A stretch of DNA of 64,000 nt from Azolla caroliniana (lineage: Eukaryota > Plantae > Polypodiophyta): NCBI GenBank assembly GCA_043228905.1, contig JBHGNT010000001.1, positions 1 through 64,000 of the forward strand. Direction: 5' to 3'. Made by a program: the position numbers and the translations under genes. The first letter of the stretch is position 1; each line of letters starts with the position of its first letter. Positions 25,533 to 39,047 of the stretch are shown here, piece by piece. A model generated the notes under the pieces. It saw only the letters and a list, made by a program, of their open reading frames with translations, searched no databases and had not been told where the DNA came from.

Positions 25533-26972
25533 GAACAAAAAGAATAAAAAAATAAAAGTCTGAATAGTTTGTTCCAAGGAAGACTAACTCACCAAACTCG
25601 ACCATGCCCAATTCCTCCAATCCACCTAATCCAATAAACTACTAACATGCCGTACTCATCAACTAAACAATGACACATTAGACTTGAGCTCACACAAAGC
25701 AATCCATGTCATCCAACAGGTTAGAAGGGCTAGTCACTATTCAAATAAATGAAACACATACCACCACATGCTAAAGCTTGCAATTCATTATATGCCCCAA
25801 TGAACTAGGAAGGTTTCTCTGAAATCTGGCAATAGTATTAAGAATTCTGATCTTACATATCATAAATTTAACATGGATGGGTAGGCTAATCACCTGCTAT
25901 TCTCACCTAAAAAGAAAGTACCTTCATTGACTAATGCCCTCTGAAACTACTAGTTTGAAAATTTTGAAAATTTCTAATGTAACTAATGTAACCTTGAACT
26001 CAATATATGAAGGTTCTTGACATGTGAATGTAGATTAACTACCAAGTGACCTGTTTATTACACATCACATTGTTTTAAGAGGGTGGATCAGTTTCACAAA
26101 CCTAAAAAGAATCTGCATTCAGATCTGGGTTCAAGGTGAGAACTGCTATAAATAGTACTAAGTTTTCTGCAGTTAAATGCATAAGTTGAATAAACTCAAC
26201 CTTGGAAGATAAATACACACATTATTAAAAAAAATCATGTAAGAGAATACAATACGGTCTCCCAACTATTGCACTTGCATTATTATGAGCACAATCAAAA
26301 TTTAATCATACACTAGGTCTTGCTTTTCTGAGAAAGGAGCAGTGCAGAAAGTCACTGACTCTCATTTCAGTAAAGTAATGGTATGCTAATAGTAAACTCA
26401 TGTTGTATTTCACTCCCACTCATTCTGACGGGAGTAGTAGCTGGCAGTGGCTGAATTAAGTCAAACAGGTGTGATAGCAGCCCTTGTGCTGAATAAGCCA
26501 AAACAGTCAGCAAAATCTCCTTGTTTTCAGGATAGGATAATCACCTTTTAACATGGTTTCCTTTCTGCCTCCAGCCATCTTTATATTTTACTTGCTCCAT
26601 TGCGCTAATCCAATTTCGTACAAGCAGTTTGATAGCAGTGCCTGCTACATCTAAATCTAAATGTCCATTAATTAGATTTCACATTCAAGTACAATTAATG
26701 CTTATGATGGAGCCAAAGAACATGCAACAGAAATGTGTATATAGCTTATTGAAAGCATTGGAGCACACTATCAGTAGTTAAATAAATCACAGAAATCAAA
26801 ATAAAAATAGATCTGGTCTTAAGATTAATGATATCGTTAAATAATTATGATAGATCCATTTAACACATAACAAATCTGAAGTTAAAACCTATTTTGATTT
26901 TGAGCATACTATATTTTTTAATGTAGCGTATAAATCAATTAACCTTACAGTTCCAATGATCCATTAAAAATA

Positions 26973-27285
26973 GGGAAAAGTACCAGGATACCCCTGGAAG
27001 TTCGTCTATTTACCAGAATGCCCCTGGAAGTTTAAAATTTACCAAACTACCCCTATGTCCAAAAAATGACACTTTATAAAGTAATTATACACTCAAATCT
27101 TTGGTAAATAGGGCTACTTCGGGTCCATTTCTTCCATCTTTGGTAAATAGCGCTTGTAAATTTGAGTGTATAATTACTTTATAAAGTGTAATTTTTTGGA
27201 CATAGGGGTAGTTTGGTAAATTTGGAACTTCCAGGGGCATTCTGGTAAATAGACGAACTTCCAGGGGTATCCTGGTACTTTTCCC
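26973..27285. mobile_element. Mutator-like (MULE) MITE / foldback element, 313 bp
   Basis: Long near-perfect TIRs (GGGAAAAGTACCAGGATACCCCTGGAAG..., ~125 bp); 9-bp TSD TTAAAAATA at 26964-26972 and 27286-27294. Confidence 0.92.
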
Positions 27286-30200
27286 TTAAAAATATAGCTT
27301 TCTCATGTAATGGCTGAACTTTAATGTACACATGGAAGGAAAGAATGGACTACAATTTTCATATTTCCATCTATCATTTGAATAAATGCATGTGAAAAAG
27401 CTTACTGTCCAAGGCTGAGAAAGCGTGACTAAATTCGTGGAGGCTGCAGCACCTTCCCTGTCATCAACTGCTCTACTAAGGATGCAATATTGTTCATTCA
27501 CTCTTTCCCAAGCTGATTGAGAAAACCTTTCAGCAGCCTGCAAATAAAAACTTTCATGTGAACATAGTGGCAATGAAACAAGTTTCACAGCTGTTGTTTT
27601 CTTTTAGGAAGGGAGGAAGAATTTAGTAGTGCATTCCTAGGAGGCCACAGTGGGCTATGAGATCCACAACTGTTAGTGTCATCATGTCATGGATGTCATC
27701 AAAGCTCTGGGATCTGAACTATTGACAATTATGGTCTGACAAAGTTTACAATTGCTTCTATTATTCCCCCAAAGTGAGAAATAGATGAAAAATCGATTAA
27801 TAAAAACTTCAATATATATAATCATGAGCACCAGTACTGATCAGCAGTGGTGCCTCATATTTTGAGTCGAACTCTTGGTCTTTATTTCACATCTCAGTGA
27901 GAAACTTTCATTTCTCGGGTCTCTTTCTTGCTATATATAGTTTATTAAAACCAACCCATGCTTCATCAACCAAAAAGGGAGACCCAATCTTCAATTATGA
28001 AAGTAGCTGTAGCCTCTTACTCATGACAGCCAAGCGCCAAAGATGTACAAAACTAGGGGTATTTTATATAGGGAAGTTTTAGTACCATAAAACCATTTTA
28101 GATCTGCAGCAGTCTTTGGCTAATGGGTACGCAACTGCTCTTGTACTCTTATTCCTCTTGTATATAAATAAAGATTCCTTTTTACTTTTCCTTTCATGCA
28201 TACAGCAAAAAACATGGATAAAGCTAGGGATATTATATATAGGGAAGTTCCAATACTTTAAAACCATATAAAATAAAACAGTAGTCTTTAGCTAATGTAG
28301 TAAATAAAGATTCATTTTTTCTTTCTCTTTCGGATTCAGTTCATTTTGGCTTTGGCTTGACAAGCATTCCTTGGTTTTCATTTTCTTTGACCTGTCAGTT
28401 TCAAACCACAAGAATACTCTCATATGCCACTATTGGACCATTCTGCATTAGAGCCACATCAAGGTTATTCTCGTATGCATCATATTGAGCCACAAATTAT
28501 TTTACATTGTCCGGTAAGATGAGAACAGGATCTATAACAATCTTCTCTTTTCAAGTGTTTGAAAAATGTAATGTGTATCAGTCCACCTACAAGGACTCTT
28601 CTTTTTGTAAGGCGTGTAAAGGTGATGCAAATTCTGAAAAATGGTGTAAGAACCCTCTGTAATAAGCCCATAGATCTAAAAAACTGCAAAAATCATCAAC
28701 TGTTTTCATATCTGTCCATTAATTGGACTCTATTTTGGCAGAATTCATTTTGCCCACCTTGTTTCAAAACAAGGTCTGCATGGAAATGTATCTCACTTTT
28801 CTTTACATCAATATGCAGTTCTATGGAGCTCATTAAAATCACAGCCAAATGGTCCTGTTCTTATGTTCTTACAATAGGTTATCATGTCATCGAAGAAAGT
28901 GCACAAAAATCAGGTGTTACTAGAAATTCATTTTTAAGTCCCACGGCATTTGTACACAAAGCATTTGTAATAAAAGGCATAACTAGAAATTCATTGAGAC
29001 CAGAAGTACTTTCAAATCCAATTTTATTACATCCTCAGCACATTGAATTGCACAATCAAGCACAATCTTATTACCTCCTCAGGACATTGATTGCACAAAA
29101 GACATCAAATCAATGTGGGAAAAAATTCCCCTTCTAAACGATCAAGAATATCATTGACCCTTGGTATCAGGAATCTGTTTTTGATTATGTTTTTATTCAA
29201 TCCACGATAACCCTGAGATGTGGTTTCTCAGATGGACTATGCCTCAGGATCAAATCAATTACATGATCTTCAGGTGGTCTTTCAGGATGAAACACTCCCA
29301 GTACAGAAACATAAAAGAAATTCTAAAATCATTCAAGAAAGCTGCCTAATCTCTGTCCTGAGAAAAACCTTAGAAAGAGACGAACATACAGAAGGAAACA
29401 ATGTCTCATAAACCTACGAAACAAGCTTGAATTACTTATTACCAATACTTCTAGGGATGTTGTATATACTTCAGACATAAGAACTCTTTTCATAAACCTA
29501 ATATAAAGACTAACTGAATATATAGATAGATAGATAGATAGATAGGTAGGTAGGTAGATATATAGATTTATACATAGATATGACTCAAGTTTCATCTTTA
29601 CTATGACTATAGATAGATAGGTAGGTAGGTAGATATATAGATTTATACATAGATATGACTCAAGTTTCATCTTTACTATGTCTTCTTGAGTTTTCTCTAA
29701 GATATAAGACGACGAAATTATTTCCAACCTCTTCAGGAGATTTGCAGCCAGCTGTCATGTCCTCATAATGAAGTTCAGCACCAATAGACATCCCCACACT
29801 TGTAAATCCAAGATTTCGCTTTTCCCCAATCTCTTTCTCAACCTAAAGGCAACATCAAAATATAATATTATATATGTATGTATATATATATATATATTAA
29901 GACAATGATCAAAATTAAAAGGGAATTATAGAAAAGCAATTATGAAAACAAGAAAGCAAAAAGAAAATAGGATGAAACTGCTATTAACCTGGGTCGGTGG
30001 TGGCATGACACCATAGCAAAGAAGGGCCAAGGGATACATATGCCCCGGGGCTTTTGAATGCTCCACTAATCTCCTCATATTTTCAACAGAACCACAATCA
30101 AACAAAGCCTGTCAATGAAACATGTTAGCTGCATGAACCTGTCACAGAGAACTCTCCTAATCACCAAAATGGCAATAGGCTTTCACATTAAAACTGCCTA

Positions 30201-33200
30201 TTGCAATGAGTTAAACAATTATTGTTTCTGGGTTTTCCTTAGCAAATAACATATCCACACAATTCATCTATTGTATGCAGAAATTTCCATTACATTTAGT
30301 CATGTTATGCCATATTTATGTTTGATTTAGTTCATAGAGACATATTTGAAGGCATTATTTAAAGGAAACATAGATGTATAATAGGTGAACGTCACAAAGA
30401 TTTCATGTTTACACGATGAATCCATGAGGATGCTTCTTTAAATGTGACAGAAAAGCTCACAGGTTTCCATTTCAGAGTAGCAGAATCAGGACGATCTCGA
30501 CCTCCACTAGGGGCTATCCAAATAAGCTGCCCTCCCTTCCTACAAGAGTAGATGCTGATGCTTTCAGAAAACCAACATTCAAAAATACAAAAGATTTCTC
30601 TCAGAAAGAGATATATCAACATTGTTGACGAGGACAAAATGGGCCACAAAGCCAAACAAGAGATTACAACTTACAACTTAAAATGTTGTCTCATCTATGA
30701 GAACAACAAACCAAAATAAATATAAGTAAAACAATAAAAAAGGCTAGAATAAGACATGGCTAAAGAATCTCATCATCTATATATGTGAGGTTCTCAAGTA
30801 AGATATATTGTGATTTTGCCTTCAAAAAATCTCTAGCATAGGTTGATCCAGAATGGAGAGGTCTCTAAAGCGAGGGAAGCACTAGTGATGGCAGGATTGT
30901 TGGTCCATGAGGTCAAGGCCTACGTGCACAACAAATTTTTATTGGCCAATATATTGTAATCCCTTCACAATGTCTTGGTCAGGAGCCCATTTGGTGTAGA
31001 CCTTGATTAACTTGTAGCATGAGCAAGGATGATGGGGCTAAAGAAAGTTGTGATTGTTCTTTGTTGATGAGCTTATATGGTTGTATTCTTGCCCTTCAAC
31101 AACTTCTCCCTATGCCTCTTGAGTTCTAGCAAGAAAACCCCCACACTCCGTTGGTCCTCATATACCATTACCTTGCGTAGTGGGCCAATGGTATCTCCCT
31201 CTTATTGCATAAAAAATAATACAATAACAAACATAGTGTTCTGAATATCTCCATGAATATCAAAGAAGAGTTTGTTGATGAGCTTATATGGTTGTTTTGT
31301 TGTCCGTCAACAACTTCTCCCTACGCTTCTTGAGTTCTAGCAAGAAAACCCCCACACTCCGTTGGTCCTCATATACCATTACCTTGCGTAGTGGGCCAAA
31401 GCTTTACTTAAAGAGCCAATGGTATCTCCCTCTTACTGCATAAAAAATAATACAATAACAAACATAGTGTTCTGAATATCTCCATGAATATCAAAGAAAA
31501 GTTGGTGTGGCAAGCGTACCAAATAACCACACTTTAGTTTGTGGCTCTTGAAACTGCAGATGTACACATTGTCTTTCAAGAGTACCAAGGGTTGCATATC
31601 CATGAGAAAGTTAACAAGCAGCCTCACATAAAGAGAACCAAGGCCTTGTGAATGTTACTCCTAGGTACGTGCAGGATCGTGTGTATGCCACGTTCTCCTT
31701 TCCCAAGAAGAGTTATTGCTCGTATTTTATTACCCATGTTTGAGTAAAGTTTAAACACCATCACTTTAGTTTTATCTATGCTTGAGTGACGTTAAGAACG
31801 ATTTAAAGGTGCTCAACCACACCCAAGAGCAGTAGAAGTGATGAGCATAAAATAACATCAGTGTCCCATACCACTGAATATTATATTATGCTATATCTTG
31901 AATGTTGATACAAATAGATCCGAAAGAAGAGAGCTTTCCCTCACCAATAGTGCCTCAACAACATCTTCAAATGCAGTAATGGAGGACTAGCTAGTCCCGT
32001 TGGTCCTTATGGATTTGTCCAAAGTCCTAGGATAATTGGTTTCCCAACTATCCTACCCGTAAACTAATCAAGTTAGATTTAGAACTCGTCCTTAATGTTA
32101 TGCATATATCAAGTTCCTCATGTTACTTATCTCCTGAGTTGGCCATTATTCAGTCCAGGTATATGGAATCACATCTCACATGCTCTTTGCTCAAGAATAA
32201 GGCAGGTCCATAATGCACAGAGTTTATCTATATTGCCATTTGTCTGCATTGGACAAATAACTCAGCCTATTTTTTCCAACAAGCATTTGCATGTTCAAGG
32301 AGATCTTCATCTATCAGGATTGTGATGAATCCAAGCTTAAAAATAATAAACCTTGGTGAGTAACAAAAGCAATGCATGCACCATTTGCACTAAAGATAAA
32401 TGGAGCAACATGTTTTGTAATCTTTATCTATCCACAGAAATTTGTAGAAGCATCTGGTACCAAGCATATGGAAAGTGCATTAATTTATTGGGCAAAACTG
32501 GACACAGCAGGCATCTTACCAGGAAAGAATAACATGGCAGCATTGTCCATTGAGTTTTTCATCAGGTTCAGAATCAAGACTATGGCTCTATCCAAATTTT
32601 GACTAGTCATAACTGGGTCTATGATGACTAGCTTATGTCAATTTGTTGGGTCTATGATTTCTCTCTAATTATATTCCATATCTACCTAAGTCCATGAGCT
32701 CTAGTAGATTTTAGGTGAGATGGTAATTTCTTATGGTTTAATTATCAGATTAGGGATTATGATAATCCAATGAAATCTTGTTACATACAAGATTATGAAA
32801 TTATATTGGAAAATAGAGAACAGTAATGGAGCTATGTTGAGGAAGGGACAAAAGAAAATGAAAATGGTATTGCAATTAATATGATCTGCCCAATTTTAAA
32901 CATTTCTGATCTCTATCGATCAATCATGTCAAAATTGAAATTCAATCTTGAATATTCAGGAAATAATCCCTCTAATGAAAACTACAGATACAATGAAGCA
33001 AAAGCTATTAGTACATACCTTAATAATAGTGCCAGCTCCTTCAAAGCTCGAGCATTGGCCTTCCTCTTCATCTCTACTAGTTCAGGTTCATCATTAATAT
33101 GCTTTTTCGAGTATACACAAACAAGATTCCTGAACCAACCAAGTACAAAAAGATGATTTACATATACATCATAGATTAACTAAAGAGCCATACACAAGGT

Positions 33201-36200
33201 CTGCTCAGGCATAAATACCTTCCCATGCTGAAAGGTTTACAAAAAGGATCTGCAACCACTCTATCTCCAGCTATATAAGTCTGTCAAAAGTTGTGCTGAC
33301 ATTAGCACAGTTTCAGTCAGGAATTAATAACAATGATTACTAAATCCCACACACCAGATTTTGTGAGATATATGGATGGCTACTTTCTAATAGAAGAGCC
33401 ATTACTGCTGGATCTGCTTCAGTCTGATGATTTGCAAGAAGAACAACGTTATGCCCCTGCAGTGATAAATTTCACATTAATATACTAACAAAACATCATG
33501 TGTAAATATCTAACCCTATGTGTGTAAGTTTTACCAATGAGTACATATCTATATCCATGTCTACATCTAGATTCCATATGTATGTATATAGATATTCTAA
33601 ATTCTTCATGTCTTCATCCATTCTCTTGCATTCTCATACTACACACCCTCAAACTATCGATGCTTTGCCTCCATATCCAGAGGCAATTCTGCAGAGAGCT
33701 AGATGTGACATAAATATCAGCAAAGCCACATGGGCCAAGTGTCCAAATTATTTTATCTATGAGACTGTGGTCCAGTAAAACTAGACCTAGAATACTCTTC
33801 ACAGATGGCAGTAGGGGTTCTCTGGACCTTTCTGGCCAGTTCAGACAGCCCACTTTCCATGTGTCCACCCACTATCAATTTGAGGCTAGATCCAGAGGCA
33901 ATTCTGCAGAGAGCTAGATGTGACATAAATATCAGCAAAGCTACATGGGCCAAGTGTCCGACCTATTTTATCTATGAGACTGTTACCAATCCCTCCTTTC
34001 TATTATATTATCACAATTTGGCAACTAAAACTTGAACAACTATGAATGCTTGAAGCCACATAACAAAAAGCACCTTCAGTACACAGTAACTTATGATCTA
34101 TGAGGAAGACATATACTGTAGGCTCATCAACTTCTACCCTGCAAGTACTTGAATCAGGAGAAATGGCATGTCAAGGGCTAAAGCAAGGTATCACAGAAAT
34201 TCTGTTTGTACCCATTTTCTGTATTTAACAGATTTATCTATCTCTATGACTAGTCTTCCCCGAATACCTTTTACATATCGTATATCTGATTGAAGAATAG
34301 CATACCAGGTATGACGATATGCATCAACTATCATATAAGCACTCAAACCTATGAACAGATCTGGGGTCAAAACAATGATCAAAAACACACTAGCATTAGT
34401 CCAAATAAGTGCATGCTTGTTTTACACTTCCTGTCTACATTTCAAACAGATTAAACATAAAGTTTGACAGAAGAGGTATTAAGACAGAAATAAGGCATAA
34501 CAGTTTAGTCTGTTTCAATGAATAGATTGTATAGGCAAAATACCTGTTTCAAACGTTCTTCTATCTCGTCAAAGCGTGACAAGTTCCCCAAATAAGAATT
34601 CCTAAAAAAATGCATCAATGTCAAAATGATAAGTTGGAACACTGCGACTTTTGATCCATCAAGATTACTTACATTATGGATTGTACCTGAAGTTTATTAG
34701 GGGCCGAATGTAATTTTGACCAAATATGTAGTAATCATATGGTTCCCTAATTGCTTTATGATACGATGGGAATATGAATGGTTCCTGGACAGATAGATAT
34801 CCACTTGAGCTTTCAAATATAAGAGTGCCTACCAGGAATCGCAAAAGAGTATTACCGCACCTCAAACTGCAATAAGACTCGGTCAAGTACCGTGGACATG
34901 ATCTGCACGATGGTTTCTTGACTAGTGTGTCCTTCACTTACCTACAGAGAAGCGGAATCAAAAACTCTGTCTCTAAATTGCACCAGCAAGCACACACCTT
35001 ACAAAATGCAAGCTTGATCCATTGACCAGAGCCTTACAGCAGCTTTATAGTTGCGATAGAGCTCTTCCATTCCGAAGCCTGCTCTGGGTGGTATTCTCTT
35101 TGATTCAACTTCTTTCCGTACTCCCAAAAGCAGATCTAAGCGATTATTGTATAGATCATCCAATTAAAAACTAGCCAACAGAACAGATATAAATGGCAGA
35201 CATATTCCTATTTACGCATTACCAAGAATGTTAGTGCATCTTAAATCTGCATAATCATACAAAAAGTTTAAAACATTTAAGCCCTTAAAAACCAAATTCA
35301 AACATTAAGCTTCGGTTAAGTTAAAGCAATGACAAAATGCAACATTTTTATGTAAGGCTACAGTATAACATAAACCTAATCTCCAGGTTCCCATAGAATG
35401 AGCATATATGTACTTCTCAACATGGAGCAACAATCAAATTTCTAAACTGTGCAGATGATAGTGAGTTTGGTTTTGCAGAATACAATTTCCTTCATGTGAT
35501 GGGAGAAAATATGATCCTGCAGATGCAGGAACCATACAAAAGATCAGACCTCTTCACAATAAACTTTGGTGCCTCATAATATAGCAGGAAAAAAAGTTCC
35601 AATTCCAAAACTGTCTCTAGCAAGAGTTTCAAGTAACACAGACTGTTTCCTAATCAGATTTTTAAAATGAAGCAGAGCACTAACAAAACCGCGTTCCTGA
35701 TTGATTTGGTTAAGCAGAGTTGGGCAGTTCCAAAACTGTGATTGCACACAGAAACACAATCTTTTCGATGGGGATAGAGAAAACAAGGAAAAGATGCCAA
35801 AATTTAGGACTGAATGTTCCGAAATATTCTAAAGCACGTTTCTCATCAGGATGGAGTAAACAAGAAAAAAAGCAGTAATGTCTCACATTCATTCTAATGT
35901 AGGCTCCAGGTTTCATTTTTCCATCAATTCCGAGTAACCACCACGTTTCTGATTGCAAATCTCTCTGAGATGGCACATTGAGGAGAATATTTAGTAGGAT
36001 ACGAGGTTCCAAAACTGTCTCTAGCATGAGTTTCAAGCAACGCAGACTGCTTCCTGATCAGATTTTTAAAATGACGCAGAGCACTAACAAAACCGCATTC
36101 CTGGTCGATTTGATTAAGCAGAGTTGGGCAGTTCAAAAACTGTGATTGCACGCACAAAACACAATCTTTTCGATGGTGATAGAGAAAACAAGTAAACGAT

Positions 36201-36771
36201 GCCAAATTTTAGGACTGAATGTTCCGAAATATTCTAAAAAAGCACGTTTCTCATCAGGATGGAGTAAGCGAGAAAAAAGGCACTAATGTCTCACATTCTA
36301 ATGTAGGCCCCAGGTTTCAGTTTTCCATCAATTCCGAACAACCAATGTTTCTGACAGAGTGGAAAATCAAGGAAAAGCACAACAGTTTTACACCTAGATG
36401 GAAAACGCTAGCCCAAAATACTAACCTGCCTCAGATGCCACGTTCTGGAAGGTGTCTGAGTGGCCTGAGAAATTCTCATATGTATTCTCTGGAGCGGCGG
36501 CAGGTGTAGGCGCTGCACTTTCAGCTTGGAAACCGATCTTCGTTCCTAGAACATGAGATTTCAGCAGGGTCGGTCTTGAGCTCCTGATTCTGCCCTGAGG
36601 AAGAACAAAATGATGTAGTTTCCTCCCATTTCGTGTCGACGATAAGCTCGCAAAACTGTGGGGAGAGAATGGTGAGAATTCAGGTGGAGGAGGAAGAGGG
36701 GGAGGAGATGAGGCGTGCGACAGTGAGGAGGAGGTACGGAGGGAGGAAGGGGGAATTGAGAAAGAAGCCAT
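27286..36771 (-). CDS. ATS1: Plastid glycerol-3-phosphate acyltransferase. Exons: 36771-36426, 35135-35038, 34941-34861, 34784-34687, 34601-34544, 33456-33355, 33280-33219, 33129-33019, 30539-30461, 30108-29989, 29842-29729, 27537-27406, then either read-through to the stop at 27286 or a splice to 26641-26588
   Basis: All GT-AG junctions keep frame (1401 nt = 467 codons up to SQPWT); Ser/Pro-rich transit peptide; catalytic NHQTEAD (HX4D); [28 protein letters not shown]; [12 protein letters not shown]; VEKEIGEKR; LSQPW, matching the known plant ATS1 sequence. Confidence 0.95.
30600..31520 (-). mobile_element. LINE 3' fragment in GPAT intron 8, same family as 11735-12596, with an internal ~200 bp duplication
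   Basis: TCTCTAGCATAGGT..ATCCA, GATGGGGCTAAAGAAAGTTGTGATTGTTCTTTG and TTGAG.TCTAGCAAGAAAA blocks are shared with 11940-12420. Confidence 0.8.
33675..33983. repeat. ~93 bp direct duplication in GPAT intron 5
   Basis: ATCCAGAGGCAATTCTGCAGAGAGCTAGATGTGACATAAATATCAGC at ~33675 and ~33890. Confidence 0.85.
35600..36350. repeat. ~405 bp-period tandem duplication in GPAT intron 1
   Basis: TTCCAAAACTGTCTCTAGCA...TTCCATCAATTCCGA at ~35602 and ~36007. Confidence 0.88.
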
Positions 36772-37019
36772 GTAGTAAATATGTAGAGAGAGAGAGAGAG
36801 AGGAGGGAGGGAACGGCGCAGCAGGATGAGGAGGAGTTATATATGTATACTAGGGTTTATGCAGAAGATATGTATAGAAAGAGCGAGGAGTTCGGGTGGA
36901 AGGAAAAGGAGAGGAAAACAGTCAGTGGAGAGAGGGAGAGGGAGAGAGAGAGAAAGAAAGAAGATAAGGTCCGAATGAATCATGGGCACGCATCATCTCG
37001 ATTCTCGGTGATTTGCAGT

Positions 37020-37054
37020 CAGCCAGTCAGTCAGTCAGTCACTGGGTGGGTTGC

Positions 37055-37087
<33 letters not shown>

Positions 37088-37117
37088 GGTTGTGGTTGTT
37101 GTGGATACATACATACA

Positions 37118-37148
<31 letters not shown>

Positions 37149-37297
37149 GAGAGAATAATGAAAGACACGACGCAGAGGGAGAGAGAGAGAGAGAGACGCT
37201 GTGTGTGTGTGTGTGTGTGTGCGCGCGCGCGCGCGCGCGCGTGCTTGTGTATGTGGGGCGGGAATTGCTTACACGCCCATATACATACATACATACA

Positions 37298-37328
<31 letters not shown>

Positions 37329-37390
37329 GTACATGTGGTAGTAACATAGTAGTATGTATGTATGTACATACATATACATCATATGTACAC
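37020..37390. repeat. Compound microsatellite cluster upstream of GPAT: (CAGT)n, (CAGA)n, (TACA)n, (GA)n, (GT)n(GC)n
   Basis: Seen directly. Confidence 0.95.
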
Positions 37391-38749
37391 CCACCCCACC
37401 CACGCAAACCCCTCCCTCCTCCATCCACAGCCACTTATTCTTTTGATCCACTCAATCACATGACCCTACAAAAGAATGACGCCTTGCTGTCCCCGAGCAT
37501 TCATTAAACACCACATAACCAAAAAAATCCAATACTCCACTCCCAAGGCCCAACTTTTCTTTCCCTATGTCAATATCACACATACTCAGTTTAGTTGTAG
37601 TCACGGCAATAACAATGCTACTTCTCTTTTCCTTGGCCTATCCAAAGAACTAGCTAGCCCTTAACGCTCTCTACATGGTATTCAATCGAACTCATCATGT
37701 CTAAGTTGTCGGCTACTCAAAAAGGCATCACGTTGATACTAGTTTTGAATGTTATGCAATCCACACAAACCTGGGCTTATAATCCCATTCTTTCCCACTA
37801 TCTTCTCAAGAATACTCTACAATGTCTTGTACTTTCCACAAGTAGTTGGTGCTCTTATGAGGACAACAAAGTGATACTTTGTTAGTACCTTTATTACATA
37901 GTTGATGAAATGTAGTCCGTGGTCACTAACAATGCTCTAATGGGCATCAAAATCAATGAATGATCCACTCAAAATGTACACAAAAACAATCCCAACGTTT
38001 GCCTCTCAGGTTAATGTAGTTTATGACACTTCAAATATTATATTCTTCTTTAACTTATATCAAGCAATGAAAGCAAGATATGGTATTTTTCATGCAAACC
38101 CATCTAAAAACCCCATGAGCTACCTCATCTCATTTGTATTTTTGTGCTCGAGGAGGCTCAATTGAAGCCATTAATGTTTCCCAATTATCACTCTTATTTG
38201 TTTGTGGATAGGGTGTCTTGTTCTTCTTCAATATTGGTCTCACACATCTCCAACCATTCTTCGATGTTATTAAAGTGATGCCTTTTGATAAACTCATTTG
38301 TATTCTGTTATCTCCATTTTGCCTCAACTGCTTTATGGAATATGCATAAGAGAAATCAAAGAGAGTATGAGAGTTACAGTTCAAATTCCATATATCAATA
38401 ACATACAAGTCCTTTAAGTTTTCCTCCTTTTAGGAATGAGCAAAGATCTTTTCTTTTCTGTTGGTAAATGCTCTTTTCGATAAACAAGTGGCTGACAAAG
38501 GTACTTGCCACCATTGTACATCCCATTAAAGCTTTTGTGTAATGGACGGTTAATTTACATATTTATATTGAATAAAGCTATCATCAATACAAACTTAGTT
38601 GATGTCGATGAACCTAACTAATTAGGTTTAGAGAACTACAAGGGTTTATATATGTTCATCCTATCGTGATTGCTTCCATGAGTATTGAATAGGCATTCGA
38701 TGGCTTAGCATGTAAGATCATATGTTACATGCATGACCATATAATATCA

Positions 38750-38995
38750 CATGGTAAGATTGTACTGTAGTATTCTATCCACGTGGATAAAGTGTGAGGG
38801 TTAAACGAGAGTGTAAAGAAGGGAATGATTACTTTTAATCCTTGGGATTGAGATAACCCATTAAGGCCAAGTGCGAACTTGCCTAAGGGCTAGGTCTGGC
38901 TATAAATATGAGGCCTAGCTACCCTCATTTAATACATCATCGACTACATCGAGACTTTGCCTTGTGGTGGATCTATAAAGAACCATGATGATTCT
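38750..38995. repeat. Dispersed LTR-like repeat, inverted copy of ~2940-3172
   Basis: GATTGTACTGTAGTATTCTAT...CTATAAATATGAGGCCTAGCT is the reverse complement of ~3003-3172. Confidence 0.75.
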
Positions 38996-38999
38996 GTGT

Positions 39000-39016
39000 A
39001 GCGGAAGCACTGTATG

Positions 39017-39047
<31 letters not shown>

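Noticed and set aside
28559-29137. 192-aa plus-strand ORF in GPAT intron 11
   Set aside because: Non-ATG start, AT-rich, no recognisable motif; likely a chance ORF
36633-37507. Overlapping ORFs of 100-238 aa
   Set aside because: They are translations of microsatellites that lack stop codons
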